A stretch of 64,000 nucleotides of DNA from an uncultured Clostridia bacterium. Its GTDB lineage: Bacteria; Bacillota; Clostridia; Christensenellales; DTU072. The DNA is taken from positions 1,711 through 65,710 of the forward strand of contig CALVTP010000003.1 of assembly GCA_944362765.1 (NCBI GenBank), written 5' to 3'. The notes under the pieces are model-generated. The model was not told where the DNA came from. It made no database searches and worked only from the letters and a program-made list of their open reading frames with translations. A program made the position numbers and the translations under genes. Below, one piece after another: positions 10,210 through 18,285 of this stretch. Position 1 is the stretch's first letter; each line of letters opens with the position of its first letter.

Positions 10210-11240
10210 TGAAACTTCCCGACGGATTGGAAGGTGCCGTCGTCACGACGGAATCAAATTTATTTTATCTCACGGGTTATCCGAACGCCGACGCCGCTAT
10301 AGCGCTTACACCCGACAAAAAGTACTATATAACCGATAAAAGGTGCTCGGAAGAGGCGGAAAAGCTGATAAAAGGTTTCGAAATCGTTGATTCGGGCGGA
10401 ATCGGCTACGCAGAAAAAGCCGCTCAAATATTGCAGGACTCGGGCGCAATCAATGTAGGGGCGGAGCTTGATGAGATAAGTTACCGCGATTACCTTAAAA
10501 TAAGCGCCTGTTTTAGCGGTATTTCGTCCGTTTCCGAATTTATAAGCGGACTTAGGGCGGTAAAAAACGAGGAGGAGCTCGGCAAAATCCGGCTTGCGCA
10601 GGAAATTACCGACAAAGTTTACGATAAAGTGTTGGAGTTTGTCTCCCCGGGCATGACGGAGAAGACTCTTAAAAGCTTCATCGATACCGAAATAGTTCGG
10701 CGGGGCGGTTATCCCGCGTTTGACACGATAGTGGCATTCGGAGAAAACACGTCGAAGCCGCATTGCCACGCGGGAGACAGAACGCTTAAAAGAGGGGACG
10801 CCGTCACAATCGACTTCGGCGCCAAACTTATGGGGTATTGTTCGGACATGACCCGCTCTTTTTGCGTAGGTTTTGTGCCCGACGGATACGCTGAAATTTA
10901 CGAAGCCGTACTCAATGCCAAAAATTTAGCGCAAAAGACAATAAAGGCGGGAATGAGCGGAAAAAACTGCGATTTTGTGGCGCGCGAGTATTTTGAAAAA
11001 CTAGGTATTTCAGAATACTTTACTCACTCTTTGGGGCACTCTTTGGGTATCGATATCCACGAAAGCCCCAACCTTAGCCCAAGGGAGGAGCGTGTTATCC
11101 CGGAAGGCGCCGTTACCAGCGTAGAACCCGGAATCTATATCCCGAATAAATTCGGCGTTCGTATCGAAGATATCGTTGTTTTCAAAAATTCGGGCGTTGA
11201 GAACTTGACAAACTCTCCGGAAAATTTAATAATAGTATAG
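10206..11240 (+). CDS. Xaa-Pro aminopeptidase (M24B)
   Basis: DFGA..YCSDMTR, HSLGHSLGIDIHE, VEPGIY, GVRIED; usual position upstream of efp. Confidence 0.92.
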   Translation: MMKLPDGLEGAVVTTESNLFYLTGYPNADAAIALTPDKKYYITDKRCSEEAEKLIKGFEIVDSGGIGYAEKAAQILQDSGAINVGAELDEISYRDYLKISACFSGISSVSEFISGLRAVKNEEELGKIRLAQEITDKVYDKVLEFVSPGMTEKTLKSFIDTEIVRRGGYPAFDTIVAFGENTSKPHCHAGDRTLKRGDAVTIDFGAKLMGYCSDMTRSFCVGFVPDGYAEIYEAVLNAKNLAQKTIKAGMSGKNCDFVAREYFEKLGISEYFTHSLGHSLGIDIHESPNLSPREERVIPEGAVTSVEPGIYIPNKFGVRIEDIVVFKNSGVENLTNSPENLIIV

Positions 11241-11264
11241 GAATAACACAGCGGAGGCAATTTT

Positions 11265-11828
11265 ATGGCAAACAGATTGGCAGGCGATCTCAGAAAAGGC
11301 GATACCTTCGAATTGGACGGAACCGTCCAGGTTGTCGTCGACTTCCAACACGTCAAGCCCGGTAAGGGCGCGGCATTCGTGCGCGTCAAGATGCGCAACG
11401 TCATGACCGGCAGCGTTCTGGAACGCACCTTCAACCCCAGCGAAAAATTCGAACTCGCTTATATCGAGCGCAAGAAGATGACTTTCTCCTACGCCGACGG
11501 GGATTTGTACTACTTCATGGACAACGAAACTTACGATATGCTCCCGATGAACCGCGAGCTTATCGAGGACGCTTTGCATTTTATAAAAGAGGATTCCGTT
11601 GTCGACGTCGCTTTCTACAAGGGGAGCCCCTTTTCGGTGGAGCCCGAAAACTTCGTCGTTTTGCAAGTCACTCAATGCGATCCCGGTATCCCCGGCGCAA
11701 CCGCGCAGCCCGGCTCCAAGAGCGCCACGCTGGAAACGGGATATGCGATACAGGTACCGCTGTTTATTAACGAAGGCGATATGATCCGCGTCGATACGCG
11801 TACCGGCGAATATATGTCCAGGGCGTAA
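11265..11828 (+). CDS. efp: Translation elongation factor P
   Basis: [33 protein letters not shown]. Confidence 0.98.
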   Translation: MANRLAGDLRKGDTFELDGTVQVVVDFQHVKPGKGAAFVRVKMRNVMTGSVLERTFNPSEKFELAYIERKKMTFSYADGDLYYFMDNETYDMLPMNRELIEDALHFIKEDSVVDVAFYKGSPFSVEPENFVVLQVTQCDPGIPGATAQPGSKSATLETGYAIQVPLFINEGDMIRVDTRTGEYMSRA

Positions 11829-11916
11829 AGCGGCTGGCGGAAGAAATACAGCGACGCATCCGGTCGCCAGAAATTAATTTTTTAATTTAATTACTTTATT
11901 AATAACTATAACCGAG

Positions 11917-11947
11917 AAAAAAGTCCGCAGCTCGAGCGGGCTTTTTT
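11917..11947 (+). terminator. Intrinsic terminator after efp
   Basis: AAAAAAGTCCGC-AGCTCGA-GCGGGCTTTTTT. Confidence 0.8.
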
Positions 11948-12196
11948 GACGTTTAAAACTCAAAAGCAGAGAAAACGGTAATTTTTTCGGATTGAAAATT
12001 ATGTTCGATTTCATAACTGTTTTCTAAGTTAAATACCTGTATTCAATTAAAAATCGGGGGAATCTAAAAGTGGTTTTTTCATCGAATTAATTGTTCGATA
12101 AAAAAATTCCTGGGATAAGTAATGTTTTGAAGAACGACAGGCAGAAAAACGATTGAAAATATAAAATATAAGTAATAATTTATTATAAGAAAACCG

Positions 12197-12225
12197 TTGA
12201 CTAAATTTTTCTGACATAATATAAT
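12197..12225 (+). promoter_or_regulatory. sigmaA promoter of the LRR gene
   Basis: TTGACT-17-TATAAT in an AT-rich region. Confidence 0.7.
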
Positions 12226-12365
12226 AAATGAAGAAAAAACCTTTCATTGAATAATTTATTCGATGAAAAACCGTTGTGGTATGGTAGGGGGAGAAACTTA
12301 CTTGTTACGACCGACTTTTTAAATCCCCTTGACGTAAATATTTATTATCCTTATCGGAGGAGAGT

Positions 12366-14039
12366 ATGAAAAGAAAGTTTTCGCTCTTTGTAACGATTGT
12401 GGTTTGTCTCCTGATTGCAGCAGGCATTCTTTCCGCATGCAATGAAGAGGAGAAAAAGATAGCTTCCATCGATTTTGCCGACGGAGAATGGCAAACCAAT
12501 TACTATTTGGGAGAGGTGTTCGAACCTTGCGTCGCCACCGTTACATATGAGGACGGCTCCACCGAAACGGTTGCCGTGACCCCCGAAATGGTAAAAGGTT
12601 TCGATACTTCGAAGCTCGGAAATTACAATATCGAAATTACGATAAACGGCGTTACAAAGGTAATGACGATTACCGTCGTTGAGAAGGGCGAGGAAGCGCA
12701 CGTCCACTCGATGGAGTTGACAGCAGCTAAGGAAGCAACTTGTACGGAAGGCGGCAACAACGCCTACTATCATTGCTCCGGTTGCAATAAGTACTTCAAG
12801 GACGAAGCGGGCACGCAGGAGACCACCGTCGAGGCGGAGACAATCCCCGCGCGGCATAAAATTGTAGACGGGAAGTGCACAATTTGCGGGAAACTTTTTA
12901 CCGTAGGCTTGAAGTATAGTCTTAGCGGCGATGGAGCTTACTACATAGTCACCGGTATCGGCACCGCCTCCGGCGATATCATTATCCCCGATACCCATGA
13001 AGGGCTGCCGGTTAAAGAAATCGGAGACGATGCGTTCTATAATTGCAGCAGCCTGACATCGATAGAGATCCCCGCCGGGGTCACAAGTATCGGAGGCTCT
13101 GCGTTCTATAATTGCAGTAATCTTGAAAGCGTTACATTTTCCGAAGGCAGTCAATTGACTAGTATCGGAGACTATGTGTTCCATGATTGCAGCAGCCTGA
13201 CATCGATCGAGATCCCCGCAGGGGTTACTAGTATCGGAGACTATGCGTTCGACGGATGCAGCAATCTTGAAAGCGTCACCTTCGCCGAAGGAAGTCAATT
13301 GACTGGTATCGGAAGCGATGCGTTCTACGGATGCAGCAGCCTGACTTCGATAGAGATCCCTGCCGGGGTCACAAGTATCGGAAGTTCTGCGTTCGAGGAT
13401 TGCAGTAATCTTGAAAGCGTTACCTTTGCCGAAGGAAGTCAGTTGACAAGTATAGGAGGCTCTGCCTTCTCCGGATGTAGCAGCCTTAAGTCGATAGAGA
13501 TCCCCGCAGGGGTTACCAGTATCGGAAGCTTTGCGTTCTGGTATTGCAGCAATCTTGAAAGCGTAACCTTTGCCGAAGGAAGCCGGTTGACTAGTATCGG
13601 AAGCTCTGCGTTCTCCGGATGCAGCAGCCTGACATCGATAGAGATCCCCGCAGGGGTTACCAGTATCGGAGACTATGCGTTCTCCGGATGCAGCAGCCTG
13701 ACATCGATAGAGATCCCCGCAGGGGTCACTACTATCGGAAGCGATGCGTTCTACGGATGCAGCAGCCTTACATCGATAGAGATCCCCGCAGGGGTAACCA
13801 GTATCGGAAGCTCTGCGTTCTACTATTGCAGCAGCTTGACATCGATAGAGATCCCCGCAGGGGTCACAAGTATCGGAAGTAGAGCGTTCGAGTGGTGCAG
13901 CAATCTTGAAACCATTTACTACAACGGCACAGAGGAGCAATGGATTGAGATAGAAAAGGGTGCGAATTGGGACTATGGTTGCGGAAACTGTGTAGTTATA
14001 TTCCTTGGAGACGCGGGCGCCGAGGGCGGAGAGGGGTAA
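12366..14039 (+). CDS. BspA/TpLRR-type leucine-rich-repeat surface lipoprotein with an N-terminal bacterial Ig-like domain
   Basis: Lipobox LSAC; Ig-like 'TVTYEDGS...GFDTSKLG'; Cys/His motif; 13 IGxxAFxxCSxLxS repeats. Confidence 0.9.
   Translation: MKRKFSLFVTIVVCLLIAAGILSACNEEEKKIASIDFADGEWQTNYYLGEVFEPCVATVTYEDGSTETVAVTPEMVKGFDTSKLGNYNIEITINGVTKVMTITVVEKGEEAHVHSMELTAAKEATCTEGGNNAYYHCSGCNKYFKDEAGTQETTVEAETIPARHKIVDGKCTICGKLFTVGLKYSLSGDGAYYIVTGIGTASGDIIIPDTHEGLPVKEIGDDAFYNCSSLTSIEIPAGVTSIGGSAFYNCSNLESVTFSEGSQLTSIGDYVFHDCSSLTSIEIPAGVTSIGDYAFDGCSNLESVTFAEGSQLTGIGSDAFYGCSSLTSIEIPAGVTSIGSSAFEDCSNLESVTFAEGSQLTSIGGSAFSGCSSLKSIEIPAGVTSIGSFAFWYCSNLESVTFAEGSRLTSIGSSAFSGCSSLTSIEIPAGVTSIGDYAFSGCSSLTSIEIPAGVTTIGSDAFYGCSSLTSIEIPAGVTSIGSSAFYYCSSLTSIEIPAGVTSIGSRAFEWCSNLETIYYNGTEEQWIEIEKGANWDYGCGNCVVIFLGDAGAEGGEG
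13020..13915 (+). repeat. Intragenic tandem LRR repeats (69 and 75 bp units, 13 copies)
   Basis: Repeated 'tgcagcagcctgacatcgatagagatccccgc.ggggt' and 'tgcag.aatcttgaaagcgt.ac.tt.gccgaagg'. Confidence 0.95.
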
Positions 14040-14093
14040 AAAATCCGGGTCGTATTAGCCGAATGATTTAATCCTTAGTAGTTAAATTAGTGT

Positions 14094-14128
14094 TCCCCGT
14101 CGGAAAAGCTTCCGGCGGGGGATTTTTT
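14094..14128 (+). terminator. Intrinsic terminator after the LRR gene
   Basis: TCCCCGTCGGAA-AAGC-TTCCGGCGGGGGATTTTTT. Confidence 0.8.
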
Positions 14129-14198
14129 AATTTACAGTTTGTGCGCGTTTTACATGGCGTATGAAATGCTTCGGAAGGCGGTTTTAATAAAAACACAA

Positions 14199-14340
14199 GC
14201 GGGTATATTAATATTTTTCTTCCCACACCAATATCTCCTTATAAAAAAGCCTGTATGGGCATATAAGGTTATTATAAGGTTCAGTTTTCGCGAAAAATAA
14301 AAGTTTTCTCACTTTAACTTTGTGGGAAGAAAATTAATGT
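14199..14340. repeat. Palindromic ~140-bp element, copy 1 (MITE-like or structured RNA)
   Basis: Outer IR TTTTCTTCCCACA/TGTGGGAAGAAAA; inner IR CCTTATAA/TTATAAGG; aligns end to end with copy 2. Confidence 0.75.
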
Positions 14341-14622
14341 AAACCTCACTATAAAATACCGCCGTCGAGATGTAGACGAGCGTGTAAAGAGCGAGATACG
14401 GAGCGGATTGGGGTAAGCAAAAGACCGAAGCCGTTTGAACAGGCAAAAGCCATGATTGCGTTAGTTTGCGGCGAAGCAACTAGCGGAGGCGGTAAAGCCT
14501 CCGCTAGTTGCGGTTTCGGTCGAAATTGTCGACGGGCTGTATACCATACGCTCCGAGACAACTCCTGGAGGGAGGAAACTTGTTTCTTTCGCCCGAAAGC
14601 GCCGTAAAATATGCCCCTAGCC

Positions 14623-14769
14623 GCGGGTATATTATAATTTTCTTCCCGCATCAGGTCTTACCTTATGAAAAAAGTTTGTACGGGAATACGAACTTCTTCA
14701 TAAGGATTTTGTTTAAGCGAGCGATTATAGTATTCCTACTTTAATTTTGCGGGAAGAAAATTATAATAT
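14623..14769. repeat. Palindromic ~140-bp element, copy 2
   Basis: Perfect 22-bp terminal IR at 14629-14650 and 14748-14769; inner IR CCTTATGAA/TTCATAAGG. Confidence 0.8.
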
Positions 14770-14822
14770 CTAAAAAAATGCTTCAAAGGGGCGGAATGGC
14801 TCTTTTTTACATAGAATGGAGT

Positions 14823-15509
14823 ATGAAGTACTTGGTTAAAGGGGAGGGGGAAGCGGTGGTGCTGCTCCACGGTTGGGGAGCCGATAAAGAGGCGATGGCG
14901 CCGCTTACGGAAGCGCTCTCCTCGGAGTACACCGTCATTGCGCCGGACCTTTACGGCTTCGGAGAGAGCCCCATAACAAGGGTAATGGCGTTGGAGGACT
15001 ACGCCGAAGGGATAATCGGCATACTTAATAAAGAGGGGTTTTCCAGAGCTGCCGTAATCGGGCATTCCTTCGGGGGAAGAGTGGGAATAAGACTAGCCGT
15101 CCGTCACCGGGAGATGGTTTCCGGATTGGTTCTGGTCGACGCCGCCGGTCTGAAACCGCGCCCGGGAGTAAAACGCGCTTTAAGAAGACTCGGGAACGCT
15201 TTCGGAAAGGCGACGCACCTTTATAAGCCGAAAGGTTCCGCCGATTACGAGCATTCCTCGGGGTATCTCAGAGGCACTTTTTTGAATGTCATCCACGACT
15301 TTCAGGAAGGTGAATGCCCGTTGATACGCTGCCCTACATTGTTGATTTGGGGGAGAAAGGACAGGGATACTCCGCCATATATGGCGCGCAGAATGAGACG
15401 GCTGATCCACGGGTCGCGTTTGGTGTGGATCCGGGATGGCGGGCACTTCAGCTACCTCGACGAAAGTACGCGCGTGGCGCTCCTCATCAAGGAATTTTTG
15501 GCGGAGTAA
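14823..15509 (+). CDS. Alpha/beta-fold hydrolase
   Basis: LLHGWG, DLYGFGES, nucleophile elbow GHSFGG, LLIWGRKD, GGHF. The start could be 14778, 14796 or 14823. Confidence 0.88.
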   Translation: MKYLVKGEGEAVVLLHGWGADKEAMAPLTEALSSEYTVIAPDLYGFGESPITRVMALEDYAEGIIGILNKEGFSRAAVIGHSFGGRVGIRLAVRHREMVSGLVLVDAAGLKPRPGVKRALRRLGNAFGKATHLYKPKGSADYEHSSGYLRGTFLNVIHDFQEGECPLIRCPTLLIWGRKDRDTPPYMARRMRRLIHGSRLVWIRDGGHFSYLDESTRVALLIKEFLAE

Positions 15510-15591
15510 TTCATTCCGCCGAACGATGACGCATTTTCGCAGTCTGTTTCGAAAAGACACAATTTCGCCATCCGCAGCATATAAGTGAGTG

Positions 15592-17097
15592 ATGGTCACG
15601 GGGTTAATGGCGGCGGGCGCGGGCGTGGGTTGGATTGCGGCACTTCTGGGAGCGCTCAGAATGGCGGGGAGGGTGCAGCGCGCCAATTACTACCTCGTGC
15701 GCTTTCCTGAGTGGACGGAGACGGCTTTCACGGTGTTGATTTCCACGCTGACGCTTTTGGCACTGAAAGAAGTTACTCTCGGAGCAGTCGCCTTTTTTAC
15801 GACGGAGTGCGCAATGTGCGTCGTAAACGGCGTCAGATTCTTTTCGTTGAGGACGAAATTCGTGCCGACGGCGCGCGGATTGAGGCTGCTCGCCGGCTGG
15901 ACGGTGATAAACGCTTCGTCCGTCGCCGTCTTAGCCCTTCCGGAAGCCTTCAGGGCGTTGTATCTTGCCGAAATTTTCGCGCTTTATCCCGTTACGACGG
16001 CGCTTGCGGTCGTCATTATCGAACCCTTCGAGCGACTAAAAAACGCCGCCTTTTTGAGGCGTGAAGCCGCGGAATATCAAAAACTTCCCGCCATAAAAAT
16101 TGCCGTAACGGGAAGCTTCGGAAAGACTACGGTGAAGGAACTGATCAAGGCGGCGCTCGGACAAGACTATACTTCTCTTGCCACCGACGGTAACAAAAAT
16201 ACGCCATTCGGGATACTGGAAACCGTAAAAAGGTATTCCGGAGAGCAGATTTTGATAACCGAATTCGGAGCGCGGCGAAAGGGGGACATAGCGGAACTCA
16301 TAAAGCTCTTTCCGCCCGATTTTGCCGTCATTACCGGAGTGACGGCGCAGCACCTAGAAAGCTTCAAAAGCCTCGAAAACATCACCCGGGAAAAATTCCT
16401 GCTTGCAAAAGCGGTGAGCGAGGAGCGCCTGATATTAAATGTCGACAACGATATCGTCCGTTCGGTTTCAAAGGAATTTCCGAGAGCTGTTACCGTCGGA
16501 AAGGAAGGCGTGTTCCGCATTTCGCACTACAGGGAGCGGGAAGACGGGTTCGATTTCGTGCTGAATTATGTGGTCGGCGGGAGGAAAGAGCGCCTTTTAT
16601 TAAGTCTTCCGTTGCATGGGCGGCACAACGCCTCGAATGCCGCTTTGGCAGCCGTCGTATCTATCATGTTGGGGGTGCCGCCGCGCTCGGTCCGCGAGAG
16701 ATTGGCTTCGTTTAAGGGGGTTCCTCACCGATTCGAAGTAAAAAAACATGGGGGGATTACTATAATTGACGACGGATATAACTCCAATATCGAAGGGGTG
16801 CGCTCGGGAGCCGAGGCGTTTAAAAGGTTCGCAGGAAGGAAGGTGGCGGTAGCTCAAGGGCTTGTCGAGGCGGGGCGGGAGAGGACGGCGTTGAATACCT
16901 TGGCAGGAGCGGCTCTCGCAGGTTCCGACGTCGTCGTCGGGGTGGGGAGGAACGCGCGCTGCATCGAAAAAGGCTTGAAATCGGCAGGCTTTAACGGAGA
17001 GTTTCTGCGCTTTAAGAGTTTGAAAGCCGCCCAAAGAGCACTTCCGGCACTCCTCAGGGAAGGCGACGTCGTCTGGTTTCAAAACGACTTGCCATGA
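15592..17097 (+). CDS. murF: MurF-like UDP-MurNAc-tripeptide:D-Ala-D-Ala ligase with an N-terminal membrane domain
   Basis: AVTGSFGKTTVKE, GNKNTPFG, HNASNA, IIDDGYNSN, FQNDLP; hydrophobic N-terminus of ~140 aa; adjacent to ddl. Confidence 0.8.
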   Translation: MVTGLMAAGAGVGWIAALLGALRMAGRVQRANYYLVRFPEWTETAFTVLISTLTLLALKEVTLGAVAFFTTECAMCVVNGVRFFSLRTKFVPTARGLRLLAGWTVINASSVAVLALPEAFRALYLAEIFALYPVTTALAVVIIEPFERLKNAAFLRREAAEYQKLPAIKIAVTGSFGKTTVKELIKAALGQDYTSLATDGNKNTPFGILETVKRYSGEQILITEFGARRKGDIAELIKLFPPDFAVITGVTAQHLESFKSLENITREKFLLAKAVSEERLILNVDNDIVRSVSKEFPRAVTVGKEGVFRISHYREREDGFDFVLNYVVGGRKERLLLSLPLHGRHNASNAALAAVVSIMLGVPPRSVRERLASFKGVPHRFEVKKHGGITIIDDGYNSNIEGVRSGAEAFKRFAGRKVAVAQGLVEAGRERTALNTLAGAALAGSDVVVGVGRNARCIEKGLKSAGFNGEFLRFKSLKAAQRALPALLREGDVVWFQNDLP

Positions 17098-17196
17098 GGG
17101 GTACGGCGCTGAAACGAAGTCCGCAAAAAGGGGTTCTCTTGCGCCGTAACAGTTACTTTTTCTTGTAAACGTGCGGATATAAACAGGGGGTTTATT

Positions 17197-18267
17197 ATGA
17201 TAAATTGCGCTTTGGTATACGGATTCGATTCGCCCGAACACGATGTTTCGGTGATGACCGCGCTCGAAATCATGCGGAACGCTCCGTCAAAAGGGATTCG
17301 TCTGAAACCCGTTTATGCGCGGGACGGGCGCTTTTTCGGCGGCGATGAATTGTCGGAAATCAAAGCCTATACGCCGTTCGAGGCGGGAAAACACCCCGAA
17401 GTGTTCGTCCAGAGCGGAAGGCTTTGGCGGGTAAAACGCGGAAAGGCGCGAGCGGAGTGCGAACTTGACTGCGCGCTGATAGCGGCGCACGGCGGCGCCG
17501 GAGAGAACGGGGCGCTTCAAGGTTTTTTGGAAGTTTCGGGCGTCAAGTATCTGTCAACGGGCGTTTTCGGCGCCGCGCTCGGGATGAGTAAGTGGGCTTC
17601 TAAGACGTTGATGAAGGCGGCGGGTGTGCCCGTACCCGAATTTACCGTCATCAAAAAGGGGGACGAATTGAAACCGCTCCTTGAAAAATCAAGCTACCCC
17701 GTGATAATAAAGCCCGACTCAGGCGGCTCTTCATTGGGAATCCGCGTTGCCGATTCTGCCCGTGAAGCGGTGAAAATGGTGGACACTGCTTTCAGATTCG
17801 GCGACAAGGTTATCATAGAGGAGTATTTAAAAGGTGCGGAAGACATAAATATCGCCGTGCTGAGTACCCCGGACACGTTCATCGTCTCGAAGCCCGAGCG
17901 CCCGTTACGTCACGGCGAGATACTCTCTTTCGACGATAAATATACCAGAAAAGACGGGAAAATTTCGGAATTTCCGGTAGATCTGGATGAAGAAACGGCG
18001 GCGGAGTTAAAAGAGTACGTGAAAATCGGCGTGGAAATTTTCGAGGTAAAGGGCGTCGCGCGCTTCGACTTTTTGCTGAGCGGCGGAAAGTTGTATTTTA
18101 ACGAAGTCAATACCGTCCCGGGGTCGCTTGCGGGGTACCTTTTCCCGGAGATGTCCTTTTCCGCCTTTTTGCGTCGGCTTATAGAGGGAGCAACTTGCCG
18201 GGAAACGCGTCACTTCCCGGCGGGGGACAAGCTTTTGAATATAAAGCCTAAACGCCGTCAGCGTTAG
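17197..18267 (+). CDS. ddl: D-alanine--D-alanine ligase
   Basis: SPEHDVS, HGGAGENGALQG, IKPDSGGSSLG, RFDF, NEVNTVPG. Confidence 0.9.
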   Translation: MINCALVYGFDSPEHDVSVMTALEIMRNAPSKGIRLKPVYARDGRFFGGDELSEIKAYTPFEAGKHPEVFVQSGRLWRVKRGKARAECELDCALIAAHGGAGENGALQGFLEVSGVKYLSTGVFGAALGMSKWASKTLMKAAGVPVPEFTVIKKGDELKPLLEKSSYPVIIKPDSGGSSLGIRVADSAREAVKMVDTAFRFGDKVIIEEYLKGAEDINIAVLSTPDTFIVSKPERPLRHGEILSFDDKYTRKDGKISEFPVDLDEETAAELKEYVKIGVEIFEVKGVARFDFLLSGGKLYFNEVNTVPGSLAGYLFPEMSFSAFLRRLIEGATCRETRHFPAGDKLLNIKPKRRQR

Positions 18268-18285
18268 ACCGGTCAAAGCGAACGC

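Noticed and set aside
13020-13915. CRISPR array or DGR target
   Set aside because: The repeats are in-frame coding LRRs with no unique spacers. There are no cas or reverse transcriptase genes in the window.
12351-13940. 529-aa antisense ORF over the LRR gene
   Set aside because: Shadow of the repetitive sense gene; no RBS or independent protein features.
14349-14744. Small ORFs 14349..14651 (-) and 14508..14744 (+)
   Set aside because: They overlap palindromic non-coding elements; no RBS or recognisable motifs.
14199-14769. 6S RNA or integron attC assignment for the paired palindromes
   Set aside because: The bubble is strongly asymmetric and the unit is short for 6S. There are no RYYYAAC/GTTRRRY ends and no integrase. 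Left unassigned.
17197-18267. Van-type D-Ala-D-Lac ligase
   Set aside because: The omega-loop region reads FDDKY (Tyr, D-Ala-D-Ala type), and there are no vanH/vanX/vanRS genes nearby.
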